A stretch of 29,403 nucleotides of DNA from an uncultured Pirellulales bacterium (GCA_964489215.1 CAZAYB010000007.1:1-29403); one strand, 5' to 3'. Shown: positions 1-8,547, counted from the first letter of the stretch. Translations and numbers: made by a program. The notes: generated by a model from the sequence alone, not told the origin.

Positions 1-27
1 GTTATGCACTGAACTGAATTTTGATAG

Positions 28-59
28 CCGGTCTAATTTTCTGTTAGACCGGTTTTTTT
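28..59 (+). terminator. Intrinsic (rho-independent) terminator of a gene upstream of the window
   Basis: Perfect 9-bp stem CCGGTCTAA (28-36) / TTAGACCGG (44-52), 7-nt loop, followed by T7 (53-59). No U-tract on the opposite strand. Confidence 0.8.
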
Positions 60-186
60 ATTAGTAATGATAACTGTTATTGCAGAAGCAGTTATTTGTT
101 ATCTTTTTCAGTATGGCTAATAAGGTATCTGGAACCTGTTTTTTGGCCTTTAACAGGTTCTATCTTCGGATAAAATTTGAAGGATA

Positions 187-843
187 TCAAATACTGTTAT
201 CATCACCGGTTGTCGGCACTGCTGTTTCTGTTGTGTTGGGCACAAATGGGCTAAGGGCTTTGGAAAGGCCTGGACATACTGACCCAAGACGCTTAAGCTC
301 ATCTTTTTTGAAAAGATTTTCCGAATTACGATAGGCCAGGATGAATCCTGCTGAAGCTCCCATTTTGCCCACCGGCGCTGCTGCGAAAGTGGTGTTGTTT
401 AAGAAATCCTGATCAATCTTAAATCCCATTTCAATTAGAATGTCCTCAGAACAGATACTGTTAGACTCACATATTTTTTTGCATATTTCCGGAGTAAAAC
501 AATTTTCGATTTTATCCTTGTCCGGGTTAGGTGTATTGTTTTGATCCTGCAGGTGCACCTCAAACTTTTCATCTTTTTTAAGCCAGATGGCAATATTACT
601 GTTATTCAGTAAATTTGCAATCGTGCTTACTGTGTTTTCCAGTATTGAGTTTGCGTCATTGAGGCCTAAAAGCGATTCGAAAAAACTGTTTGTAAAATTA
701 AGGCTCTGCAATTGGTTTACAAAATCCGAATGTGCTGAAACCATGTCATTACACAGTATATCTATTTGTTTTGCCTGGGCATGACGAACTTTATTAAGTT
801 TGCTTATCGTGTCCCTTGCTCTTGAGTTCTTTTTCTGGGTCAA
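187..843 (-). CDS. Hypothetical protein, N-terminal helical segment plus probable GAF-like domain
   Basis: 218-aa ORF, TTG start with AAAGGT 7 nt upstream. C-terminal 'AAAPV..GASAGFILAYRNSENLFKKDELKRL' resembles the end of a GAF fold (inference). Confidence 0.6.
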   Translation of the reverse strand: MTQKKNSRARDTISKLNKVRHAQAKQIDILCNDMVSAHSDFVNQLQSLNFTNSFFESLLGLNDANSILENTVSTIANLLNNSNIAIWLKKDEKFEVHLQDQNNTPNPDKDKIENCFTPEICKKICESNSICSEDILIEMGFKIDQDFLNNTTFAAAPVGKMGASAGFILAYRNSENLFKKDELKRLGSVCPGLSKALSPFVPNTTETAVPTTGDDNSI

Positions 844-890
844 CTATATACCTTTCAAATAAAGAGAGTACGTATTTAACTCCACTCTTT

Positions 891-918
891 TAATCGGTTT
901 TGAACGGGTTCGGCTTTA
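891..918 (-). promoter_or_regulatory. Candidate sigma28(FliA/WhiG)-type promoter for the 218-aa gene
   Basis: Minus strand TAAA-N16-ACCGATTA, compared with the known consensus TAAA-N15/16-GCCGATAA; 48 nt upstream of the start codon. Confidence 0.4.
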
Positions 919-1076
919 ACATTAAACAAACGTATTTATAAATTTAAAAGTCCTGTAAATTTAAGATGCAGTTGTTCCGATAAATACCGGCAGGTCAGTA
1001 TTGCCAGAAGATATTGAGGTCAGAAATTTAGAAAAACTTATCGTCCTTAAGATGTATTTTAGATAATGTCAAAAAC

Positions 1077-3299
1077 TCAGACAGGCAGTTTTATGACGAC
1101 TTTAGTTCCTGCAGCCGGTGAGCTTTGCATCGATAATGATCCGCCATTAATTTCGATGAATCTTCTTGCTATGGCAAGGCCCATCCCTCTTTTTCTACCG
1201 GCCGATTTTGATGAGTAAAACGGCATTGTTGCGTTGACAAGGACTTTTTCGTCCATACCCTCAGCATCGTCGCTTATAGTTATCTGGGCCTGCCTTGAGT
1301 CGGCTAAGCTTGTTTCTGTTACACTTATAGCGGTTCCGTTCAATTCAACTGCCTCGACAGCATTTTTCAGTACGTTCGATATTGCGGTGATGATCTGGTT
1401 ACGGTCGACCATTACGTTTTCCATCGAATCATCCTTGACAGTGATTTTTTGCGTGTCAAGTCCTGTCTGTCTTAATTTGCCGAGCGCTTCATCTATCAGA
1501 ACTGCGGTTGATACCTGCTGTTTGTTGGGATTTTGAGGCCTTGCAAATTTCATGAGGTCTGTAATTATGTCAGAGATATCCTGAGCTTTTTGCCGAATTT
1601 GCTCCAGGTCGTTTATCCTGGCCTGGTCTTGGGCAGTTTCCTTAAGCAGCTGTACCCTTCCTGAAATGATTGAGAGCGGATTATTAAGTTCATGTGCGGC
1701 ACCTGCGGCGATTTCGGCAACAGCTTCGAAAGAAGCGGAGTTGGCAAGCTCTTTGCTGGTTATTTCAAGAGAGGAAACAGCCATGGCGAATTTTTCCGAG
1801 AGGTCGGCATTTGCCCGCGAGATGCCTGCGAAATTGAGTACCCTGGTCAATATTCGAAGTATAGCCTCAAGGTCGCAAACTAAGTATTGTTTTTCAATAT
1901 CGGGCGCCTGTAACACAAGAGCCCCTTTGATTGAGCCATTAATATCCAGCGGCAAAACACACGTATGTGAATGATTGAAAGATATCTGAATTTGTTCAAA
2001 AAACCATCCCATTTTATCGGTTCGGTGCCATTTTGAAACAGGTTCATCAAATAAGTCTGAAAAACCAGTTCCCTCCGGAATTTGTATTGTATCCGTATCT
2101 GACTTGCCGGTTTCATCTATTAATACGGTTTCAGTAATATTTTCGTCATGTTCATTAGTTATACACAAACAAAGCTTTTCGACAGAAAGGTGCTTCTTCA
2201 AGGCAATGCCGAATTTTTCCCCAAGTTCGCTTGCGGTCATGTTGGGATGTATTTTGCTCAAAAAATCCGAACTTATCCTTCCATTCAGTGCCTCTGCATT
2301 AAGCTTCTTATTGTCAATATTAAGTTTTGTATTGCTGTTGATCAGTTTGGTACAGCTGGTGTGAATAATATCCGGATATGCCTTTGGGCCTGCCGTTTCT
2401 GCAAGGCCTGCCAGTTCAGCTTTTTGTTGAACCATATCCTCAAGGTCTTCCATGATCTTTTCAATTTTTTGCCTCTCAACGCCGAGAGAATCAGCCAACG
2501 GTTCAATAGCTGGTAAAGGTTCATAGCTTCCGCAATCGCCAATGCCTGCCTTTCGTGCCATTAGAGAACCCAGGTGAACTATTTTTGCAATTCCCGCCTG
2601 TGGGTCCTGCTCAAAAAGTATCTCGGAATTGGTGCCGTTTAACCATACCGCCAGGACCATTTCCCGAGGCAGGTTCCATTTTTCGGCAAGTCTTTTACCG
2701 AGCAGACAATGATCTATGCCAAGCTCTTGTCTTTCTATCTCAAGCAGTGACTTTGCAGTGCTTTTAGACATTGCTGCCATTTTTTCAAAACTTTTGGGCA
2801 TTACCTGGTCAATCGCCAGCTTTCCTATGTCGTGCACAAGTCCTGCACAATATCCCTTTTCTCTATGTTGTGCACCAAGTATTTCAGCGGTCAGATGCTC
2901 GCAGGCACATGCAGCTGCAAGATTATAAAGGGCCAGCTGATGCCTTGGAACGAGTCTTTCACTGTCATGGTTGGGTAAAGGTTTGTAAGCTTTTATTATA
3001 CTTACTGAAAGCAGCTCAGATTTAAGGGTCTCCGGGCTTGCCTGTTCAATTATAGTTCTTATAACCGATTTTTTTGGATCTGTTTGAATGTTCAGTTCGC
3101 TGCCGATAGAAAGAATCTTAGCTGTCAGTGCAGCATCAGATTCAATGACAGCTGTCAGTAAATTATTATCTATCTGCTGACTGCTGAGAAGCTCAATCAG
3201 CTCTGCAGCAGTCTGGGGCAGTGTGGAAAGGCTGTTTAAACGCCTGATTATCTGTTCAATATGGCGCGCTGATTTTGTTTTATTTAAAGAATAGGCCAT
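1077..3299 (-). CDS. HDOD-domain sensor histidine kinase (HDOD - GAF-like - HisKA - HATPase_c), soluble
   Basis: N-terminal 'LSTLPQTA..SDAALTAKIL..GLVHDIGKLAI..IDHCLLG..LAEKWNLP' (HDOD), H-box AHELNNPL, N-box LKNAVEA, G1 DDAEGM, F-box PFYSSK, G2 GMGLAIA. No TM segment seen. ATG at 3299 preferred over TTG at 3302. Confidence 0.9.
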   Translation of the reverse strand: MAYSLNKTKSARHIEQIIRRLNSLSTLPQTAAELIELLSSQQIDNNLLTAVIESDAALTAKILSIGSELNIQTDPKKSVIRTIIEQASPETLKSELLSVSIIKAYKPLPNHDSERLVPRHQLALYNLAAACACEHLTAEILGAQHREKGYCAGLVHDIGKLAIDQVMPKSFEKMAAMSKSTAKSLLEIERQELGIDHCLLGKRLAEKWNLPREMVLAVWLNGTNSEILFEQDPQAGIAKIVHLGSLMARKAGIGDCGSYEPLPAIEPLADSLGVERQKIEKIMEDLEDMVQQKAELAGLAETAGPKAYPDIIHTSCTKLINSNTKLNIDNKKLNAEALNGRISSDFLSKIHPNMTASELGEKFGIALKKHLSVEKLCLCITNEHDENITETVLIDETGKSDTDTIQIPEGTGFSDLFDEPVSKWHRTDKMGWFFEQIQISFNHSHTCVLPLDINGSIKGALVLQAPDIEKQYLVCDLEAILRILTRVLNFAGISRANADLSEKFAMAVSSLEITSKELANSASFEAVAEIAAGAAHELNNPLSIISGRVQLLKETAQDQARINDLEQIRQKAQDISDIITDLMKFARPQNPNKQQVSTAVLIDEALGKLRQTGLDTQKITVKDDSMENVMVDRNQIITAISNVLKNAVEAVELNGTAISVTETSLADSRQAQITISDDAEGMDEKVLVNATMPFYSSKSAGRKRGMGLAIARRFIEINGGSLSMQSSPAAGTKVVIKLPV

Positions 3300-3333
3300 C
3301 AAAAATCCCGGGGTACAAAACTTAATTTACATA

Positions 3334-3900
3334 TTAATTCATTTCAAGTGCGTTTGAGATCTTGTCTACAAGTTCGGAGATATTAAAAGGTTTCTTAACG
3401 AAATCCTCAGCACCTGCTCCTCGAAGATCCTTTATCTCATCCTGATTGACTACGCCGCTTACTATGATAATCTTGGTATTGGCAAAATCAGGGTTTTTCT
3501 TGATAGTATGGCATACCACGTTTCCGTTTACGTCCGGCAGCATATAATCAAGGATAATAAGGTCTGGCCTGAACTGCTGAGTAAGTATGCCTGCGTCATA
3601 TCCGCTGGAGGCTGTTTTTACGTCGAACCTTCCGTCTCTGACAAGAACATCGACCATAAGCTCGAGGATTTCAGTGTCATCATCAACAATCAAAACCTTC
3701 TTTTTACCAGTTGAGATGTTATTGAGGGGAATACTGTTGTCCTTCATGAATTTTACAAGACTTTCCCTTGGTATTCGTCTGAAACGAGAGCCCGGGATCC
3801 TGAAACCATTAAGTCTTCCTGCGTCAAAACACCTGATAATTGTCTGCTGGCTTACATTACAAATGTCCGCCGCTTCTCCTGTAGTAAATAAATCCTTCAT
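3334..3900 (-). CDS. Response regulator with N-terminal excisionase/MerR-like HTH and C-terminal receiver domain
   Basis: 'FTTGEAADICNVSQQTIIRCFDAGRL.GFRIPGSRFRRIP' HTH, then REC with VDDD, phospho-Asp in ILDYMLP, VSG and KKPF. Confidence 0.92.
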   Translation of the reverse strand: MKDLFTTGEAADICNVSQQTIIRCFDAGRLNGFRIPGSRFRRIPRESLVKFMKDNSIPLNNISTGKKKVLIVDDDTEILELMVDVLVRDGRFDVKTASSGYDAGILTQQFRPDLIILDYMLPDVNGNVVCHTIKKNPDFANTKIIIVSGVVNQDEIKDLRGAGAEDFVKKPFNISELVDKISNALEMN

Positions 3901-3968
3901 TTTTACATCCTTGTCTTTTTTGAAGTAATTTTAGCTCGGCAACATTGCCCAGTTTTCCTTGACAACCT

Positions 3969-3998
3969 AATTTAACTATCGGCAAGTGGTCTTGTCAA
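3969..3998 (-). promoter_or_regulatory. Candidate sigma70 promoter of the HTH-REC/HDOD-kinase unit
   Basis: Minus strand TTGACA (3998-3993), 18-nt spacer, TAAATT (3974-3969). Confidence 0.4.
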
Positions 3999-4302
3999 GA
4001 ATGAATTTTTTATTTAAAAAAACTTAATATCAATGCCAAAAACAGAATATTTATCGAACGTCAGGAATAAAGACAAAACAAGTATAAAATGCTTTTTTTG
4101 GGTTTTTGCCAGTGTTTTTTGTGTCCGGTTTGCACATATTTTCCTAATCTAACAAAAATAAAAGACTGTTCTAATACAAAATTAATCCTGCGTAAACTTT
4201 ATCTTAACAATTTTTGCCGATAAATACAGTATTGGTAAGGTTTTATTTATTGGACTAAACATAAGGCAAAGGTTTGATGAAAAATTAATTCGGAGAATTA
4301 CT

Positions 4303-5145
4303 ATTAGCAGTCAAAGTATATATGTAATTAGTGATTTGCACATGGGTGACGGTTCCAGAGGGGATAATTTTAATGTTCGAAGCCGGGAAGATTGTCTCAA
4401 TTCTTTTCTTGACCATGTTGAGAAAAATAATGGTGAGCTGATAATCGCAGGCGATCTTTTCGAACTTTGGCAATATAAATTAGATAATGTCGTAGATCGA
4501 AGATATAAGCTTCTCGACCGTTTTGAGCAGATGGGAGCTGTTTATCTTCCGGGAAATCACGATATGCAGGTTTCCAGGGAAAACGTTCTTATGCACCCTT
4601 TTTTTGGTAATGTTCAAAAGCAGACAGTTCGGACGATAAACGGCAGTAAGGTAAAATTCATGCACGGCCACGAAGTCGACCCTTTTATACCCCGTCAGTT
4701 TAATAACTGGAGCAAATTACTTGGTACGATAAGCAGTTTCATTGACTTTCACGGGGAAATATGTGTTGTTCACAGGGATATCATCTGCGATATAATGTGT
4801 GAAATAGGTGAAAATGTCCTGAAATGCTGGAACAGTCTTTTCCGTAAAGTTGACCGTACAATGCGTGAATATTATGCAATGTCAAATGACAATCTTGCCC
4901 GTATTAAAAAGCCGCTGCGTACTCGTAAAATGCTTGAAAGATATTATAAAGACCTTACACAGGGCCTTTACGACATGGCAATAGTTGGTCATACCCATCA
5001 GCCAGGTTCACATGATATCTGGTACTTCAACAGTGGTTCGTGGACTGGGAAAACAAATAATTTTTTGAGGGTAAGCCCCGATTGCCAGATTGAAATTTGC
5101 AACTGGACAGATAAAGGCAGGGAAAAAATTACATACCTTATTTAG
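4303..5145 (+). CDS. Calcineurin-like metallophosphoesterase (LpxH/UDP-2,3-diacylglucosamine diphosphatase-like family); start uncertain
   Basis: Motifs DLH, GDLFE, GNHD, HGH, GHTH. The ORF-track start (TTG 4336) lies inside the first motif (IYVISD-LH), so the real start is upstream; ATT 4303 is proposed (see findings). Confidence 0.85.
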   Translation: MSSQSIYVISDLHMGDGSRGDNFNVRSREDCLNSFLDHVEKNNGELIIAGDLFELWQYKLDNVVDRRYKLLDRFEQMGAVYLPGNHDMQVSRENVLMHPFFGNVQKQTVRTINGSKVKFMHGHEVDPFIPRQFNNWSKLLGTISSFIDFHGEICVVHRDIICDIMCEIGENVLKCWNSLFRKVDRTMREYYAMSNDNLARIKKPLRTRKMLERYYKDLTQGLYDMAIVGHTHQPGSHDIWYFNSGSWTGKTNNFLRVSPDCQIEICNWTDKGREKITYLI

Positions 5146-5252
5146 CGCTTAACTGCTTGTTTGCTGCCTTTAGACTTGATTAATTTGCCGCTTGCCTTAT
5201 AACTCCTTACGATGTATCATGTCCACATCTATGATCTAATTGGAGTCTGTTT

Positions 5253-6314
5253 ATGGCAAAAATAGTTTACGCAGTTGCCGGTCAGGGTTTTGGCCACAGC
5301 AGCAGAAGTCATCTTTCAGGCCGGCACCTTCTCGATAATGGCCATGATGTTATATTCGCTGCCTCTATGAAGTCCTATAGTTATCTTAAGCAGTACTTCG
5401 GCGACAGGGTCAGTGAAATAACCGGTTTGTCCCTTTCATATTCGCATGGTAAGCTTTCTACGCTGGGAACGATTGTCGAAAATCTGAAGAAGTTTCCTGC
5501 AGGTACGTTTAGAAATCACAACCTATACAAAAATATTGTTAAGCCTTTTGCTCCGGAGCTTGTAATAAGCGACTATGAGCCTTTTTTAGCCTGGTGGTCA
5601 TTTCGGCACAGAGTTCCATGTATTACAATAGACCATCAAAACACGCTAACCAGTCTGTATCTTGACGATGTGGAAAAAAGTTTCTTTTCGAGGTTTTCAG
5701 CCAATCTTGTGACCAGAAGTTATTATCCAGGCAGGATGCACCACATAATTATCAATTTTTTTAATGCTCCGGTCAAATCCAGCAAGTCCGTGCTTGTTGG
5801 CCCGGTCATTCGAAATGAGGTTGCTCAAAGATCACCTCAAAAAGGTGATGCAATAGTGGTTTATACCACAGATCCGACTCTTAAACAGAAAATGATTGAG
5901 GTCTTTTCTAAATTTCCACAGGTTAATTTCAATATTTACGGACTTGACGAGAAGTTTGACGAGCAAAATTGCCATTTTCACAAAACCTCGACAGAGGGTT
6001 TTCTTGATGATCTGTCCTCGGCAAGAGCGGTTATTGGTACCGCGGGATTTTCCATGATAAGTGAATGTCTTTATTTTAGAAAGAAAATGCTTCTTTTGCC
6101 GCTTAAAGGACAGTATGAACAAGTGCTCAATGCCCATTATGTGAAAAAACTTGGGCTTGGAACTTATGATTATTCAATTAAAGAAGATTCGGTGGGCAAA
6201 CTTCTGGAAATGGCTGATACTGGCATATCCAATAATCCGGATATTCTATGGCCTGACAATCAAAGATATCTTGATGTCCTCGATGAAAAGATTAGTCAGG
6301 TAACCGGGGAGTAA
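5253..6314 (+). CDS. GT-B glycosyltransferase, MJ1255/VC2487-like family
   Basis: 'KIVYAVAGQGFGHSSRS', 'VISDYEP', 'IDHQ', 'VIGTAGFSMISECLY..K..L..PLKGQYEQ..NA'. GGAG RBS upstream. Confidence 0.88.
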   Translation: MAKIVYAVAGQGFGHSSRSHLSGRHLLDNGHDVIFAASMKSYSYLKQYFGDRVSEITGLSLSYSHGKLSTLGTIVENLKKFPAGTFRNHNLYKNIVKPFAPELVISDYEPFLAWWSFRHRVPCITIDHQNTLTSLYLDDVEKSFFSRFSANLVTRSYYPGRMHHIIINFFNAPVKSSKSVLVGPVIRNEVAQRSPQKGDAIVVYTTDPTLKQKMIEVFSKFPQVNFNIYGLDEKFDEQNCHFHKTSTEGFLDDLSSARAVIGTAGFSMISECLYFRKKMLLLPLKGQYEQVLNAHYVKKLGLGTYDYSIKEDSVGKLLEMADTGISNNPDILWPDNQRYLDVLDEKISQVTGE

Positions 6315-6331
6315 TTAAGAGCTTTGCAATT

Positions 6332-6742
6332 TCAACACAAAAGTGTGCTTTGATAATGCATCGGTTTTGCGTTTATTCCGTCTTTCAACTCTTCAGCTAT
6401 GTTCATTATTTTCAGACAGTTATCCGCTACAGAAGCATAATAGCTTCCAGGTTTGTCCATAGCCTCTCTTATCACAAGACATGTATCGTTTGTAACCGGC
6501 TTGTCGGAATAGTATGTAACCGGCAGTGTATCAATTGGTGCCGATTCGGGAAGGGCTGCACGATAATCTATTGAAGTCTGCCAGGGGACGACAACCGGCA
6601 GCGAGTTAAGTTCTGAACTGCCCAGAAAAGTTATTGTCAGCTGACCTTCATCGTTTGTCTCAATAAGGAATGTAGGAAGGCTTTGAGTGAAGCATTTGAG
6701 CCTGTTAATTGTATTCTGCTTTTCATGAACCAGGTTAAACAT
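6332..6742 (-). CDS. Hypothetical protein (136 aa)
   Basis: ATG with GAGG RBS 6 nt upstream; fills the gap between neighbouring genes; no motif recognised. Confidence 0.6.
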   Translation of the reverse strand: MFNLVHEKQNTINRLKCFTQSLPTFLIETNDEGQLTITFLGSSELNSLPVVVPWQTSIDYRAALPESAPIDTLPVTYYSDKPVTNDTCLVIREAMDKPGSYYASVADNCLKIMNIAEELKDGINAKPMHYQSTLLC

Positions 6743-7037
6743 TTTTACCTCGAAACTTAATATTCTTTCTAAAGCGCCAATTACAATCAGACGCCTGATA
6801 TATAAATGCGGTCGATAATGTGATCGCCATAGGTCTTAAGCAGAAGAAGACATTTAATGTCAACACCTCATTATCGACACAATTCGGGCAAAACTTAACA
6901 AAAAACACTGAAAACCAAACAATTGAAGTCTTTTTTAGCAATCGGCAAAATCGTCTATATTTTGAAATAAACTTGCTAAACGGTTTGTTTTATTGATAAT
7001 GTTTGACATCATGGGGTAATTATCAAAGGTTTATTAT

Positions 7038-7970
7038 ATGCTGAAAAAGAAATTAGTTTTGTTAGTTGTATTGTGCTTTAATTTGTCATTTTGTTATAGC
7101 TGCAAAGATGTATCAGGTTGTAAAAAAACGTGTACAAAAGACCAAAAAGCAGAGGCAGAAAAAAAAACCGGTCCTGTAATAAGTTTAAGTTACGGCACAG
7201 GAGGGTTTGAAAATAACCCTATCTCATCGTTTATGTATTTTGTGCCTCTCATTGCGCCGGTTAAGGTAAAAAGGGTTACATCCGTAAACAATAGCCAGTT
7301 GGCCTCTTTGCTTTCGTATAAGCGAATAGAAAAAGGCAGCAAAGTAATCGTTATCTGTGATTTTGCAATGCAAGGTGAGGGTTTTCATACAAATGTTTTC
7401 AACCCTGCAGGCATTATCAAGCTTCACAAGGAAGAAAGAGAAAAGAAACAGACTCTCGAGAATCTGCTTCATCATATTACTTTTGAAGGGACCGGCACCG
7501 GGACTTTTACCGCATACGCTTCCAAAGATAACAATGGCGGTATAACTGTTGAGAAAGTAGCAATTGATTTTGCGACCAAAGGTAATGATACTACGGTAAC
7601 AGCGGGTCTTTTCAGTGTAAAACCCGTGAACAGTGAGTATGAATATAAAAATCGTCATGAAGAAATTGTCATTAAAATTGACACTCTTACATTTTCCAAA
7701 ACCCCGCCTGGCCAAAAAGCGTTAATGGAAGTAAAGCTAAGGGCGGTGGAAGACCAGGGACAGGGTTTCAGTCTGTGGAGCAGTATAAAGGCCATGATAG
7801 CTAATGTTATTATAAAACCTTTGGGCATTACACAAAAGGGCAACAGCACAATGCTTGATTTTGGCAGGGCCCTGATAAACAAAAAAGACGAGTTTATGTT
7901 TCCTTTCGCTGAAAATATTATAGAATCTGTCGAGGTCGATCCGGAAAGTTACGATAATCCGCAATATTGA
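7038..7970 (+). CDS. Exported hypothetical protein (310 aa)
   Basis: Basic N-terminus plus hydrophobic stretch (MLKKKLVLLVVLCFNLSFC) consistent with a signal peptide; AAAGG upstream; no family recognised. Confidence 0.7.
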   Translation: MLKKKLVLLVVLCFNLSFCYSCKDVSGCKKTCTKDQKAEAEKKTGPVISLSYGTGGFENNPISSFMYFVPLIAPVKVKRVTSVNNSQLASLLSYKRIEKGSKVIVICDFAMQGEGFHTNVFNPAGIIKLHKEEREKKQTLENLLHHITFEGTGTGTFTAYASKDNNGGITVEKVAIDFATKGNDTTVTAGLFSVKPVNSEYEYKNRHEEIVIKIDTLTFSKTPPGQKALMEVKLRAVEDQGQGFSLWSSIKAMIANVIIKPLGITQKGNSTMLDFGRALINKKDEFMFPFAENIIESVEVDPESYDNPQY

Positions 7971-7981
7971 GAAATCTCCTT

Positions 7982-8467
7982 ATGCCCGAGGAAATCGAAA
8001 GAAAATTTTTGGTAAAAGATGACCAGTGGAAAAGCAAAGCTGCAGGTAAAAAGTATTTACAGGGGTATCTGGTCGCAAAACAGGGAATAACCGTAAGGGT
8101 AAGGACTGTCGAATCGACAGCTTATTTAACAATAAAAGGCCCAGCTAAAGGCATAACCAGAGCGGAGTTTGAATATCAGATTCCTGCAGATGATGCCAGA
8201 ATAATGCTTCAGACATTGTGTGTTAATCAAGTAATTGAAAAAACAAGATATATCGTAAATTATAAAGGTAACGATTGGCAGGTGGATGTCTTCTCTGGCA
8301 GTAACGAGGGCTTGGTCATGGCTGAGGTGGAACTGGCTTTTGAAGATCAGGAATTTGAGATTCCCTGCTGGGCCGGGCGGGAGGTTACCCATGATATACG
8401 TTATTACAATGCATATCTTTCACAAAACCCTTACAGCGGCTGGTCAGAAGATGAAAAAAGTATGTAA
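7982..8467 (+). CDS. CYTH-domain (triphosphate tunnel metalloenzyme/class IV adenylate cyclase-like) protein
   Basis: 'EIERKFLV' ExExK motif, 'VRVR', 'LTIKG', 'RAEFEY.IP', 'IEKTRY', 'WQVDVF', 'AEVEL'. ATG 7982 preferred over TTG 7967. Confidence 0.92.
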   Translation: MPEEIERKFLVKDDQWKSKAAGKKYLQGYLVAKQGITVRVRTVESTAYLTIKGPAKGITRAEFEYQIPADDARIMLQTLCVNQVIEKTRYIVNYKGNDWQVDVFSGSNEGLVMAEVELAFEDQEFEIPCWAGREVTHDIRYYNAYLSQNPYSGWSEDEKSM

Positions 8468-8519
8468 GTCGCTATAAAACAAGTGTTTGGTTTATTTTCA
8501 GATAAAAATATACTATTTC

Positions 8520-8547
8520 TTGACAACCCTTTTATTTTTGATATAAT
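8520..8547 (+). promoter_or_regulatory. Consensus sigma70 promoter with extended -10
   Basis: TTGACA (8520-8525), 16-nt spacer, TG-n-TATAAT (TG 8539-8540, TATAAT 8542-8547). Confidence 0.75.

Noticed and set aside
3334-3900. Excisionase-like HTH as a sign of a prophage or integrative element
   Set aside because: It is fused to a receiver domain and sits with a kinase; no integrase, att-like repeat, tRNA or phage gene nearby.
6300-6340. Possible selenocysteine read-through (Cys-TGA-Asn-Cys) at the end of the 136-aa ORF
   Set aside because: No convincing SECIS hairpin after the TGA, and the extension would run antisense into the glycosyltransferase gene and stop after 11 codons.
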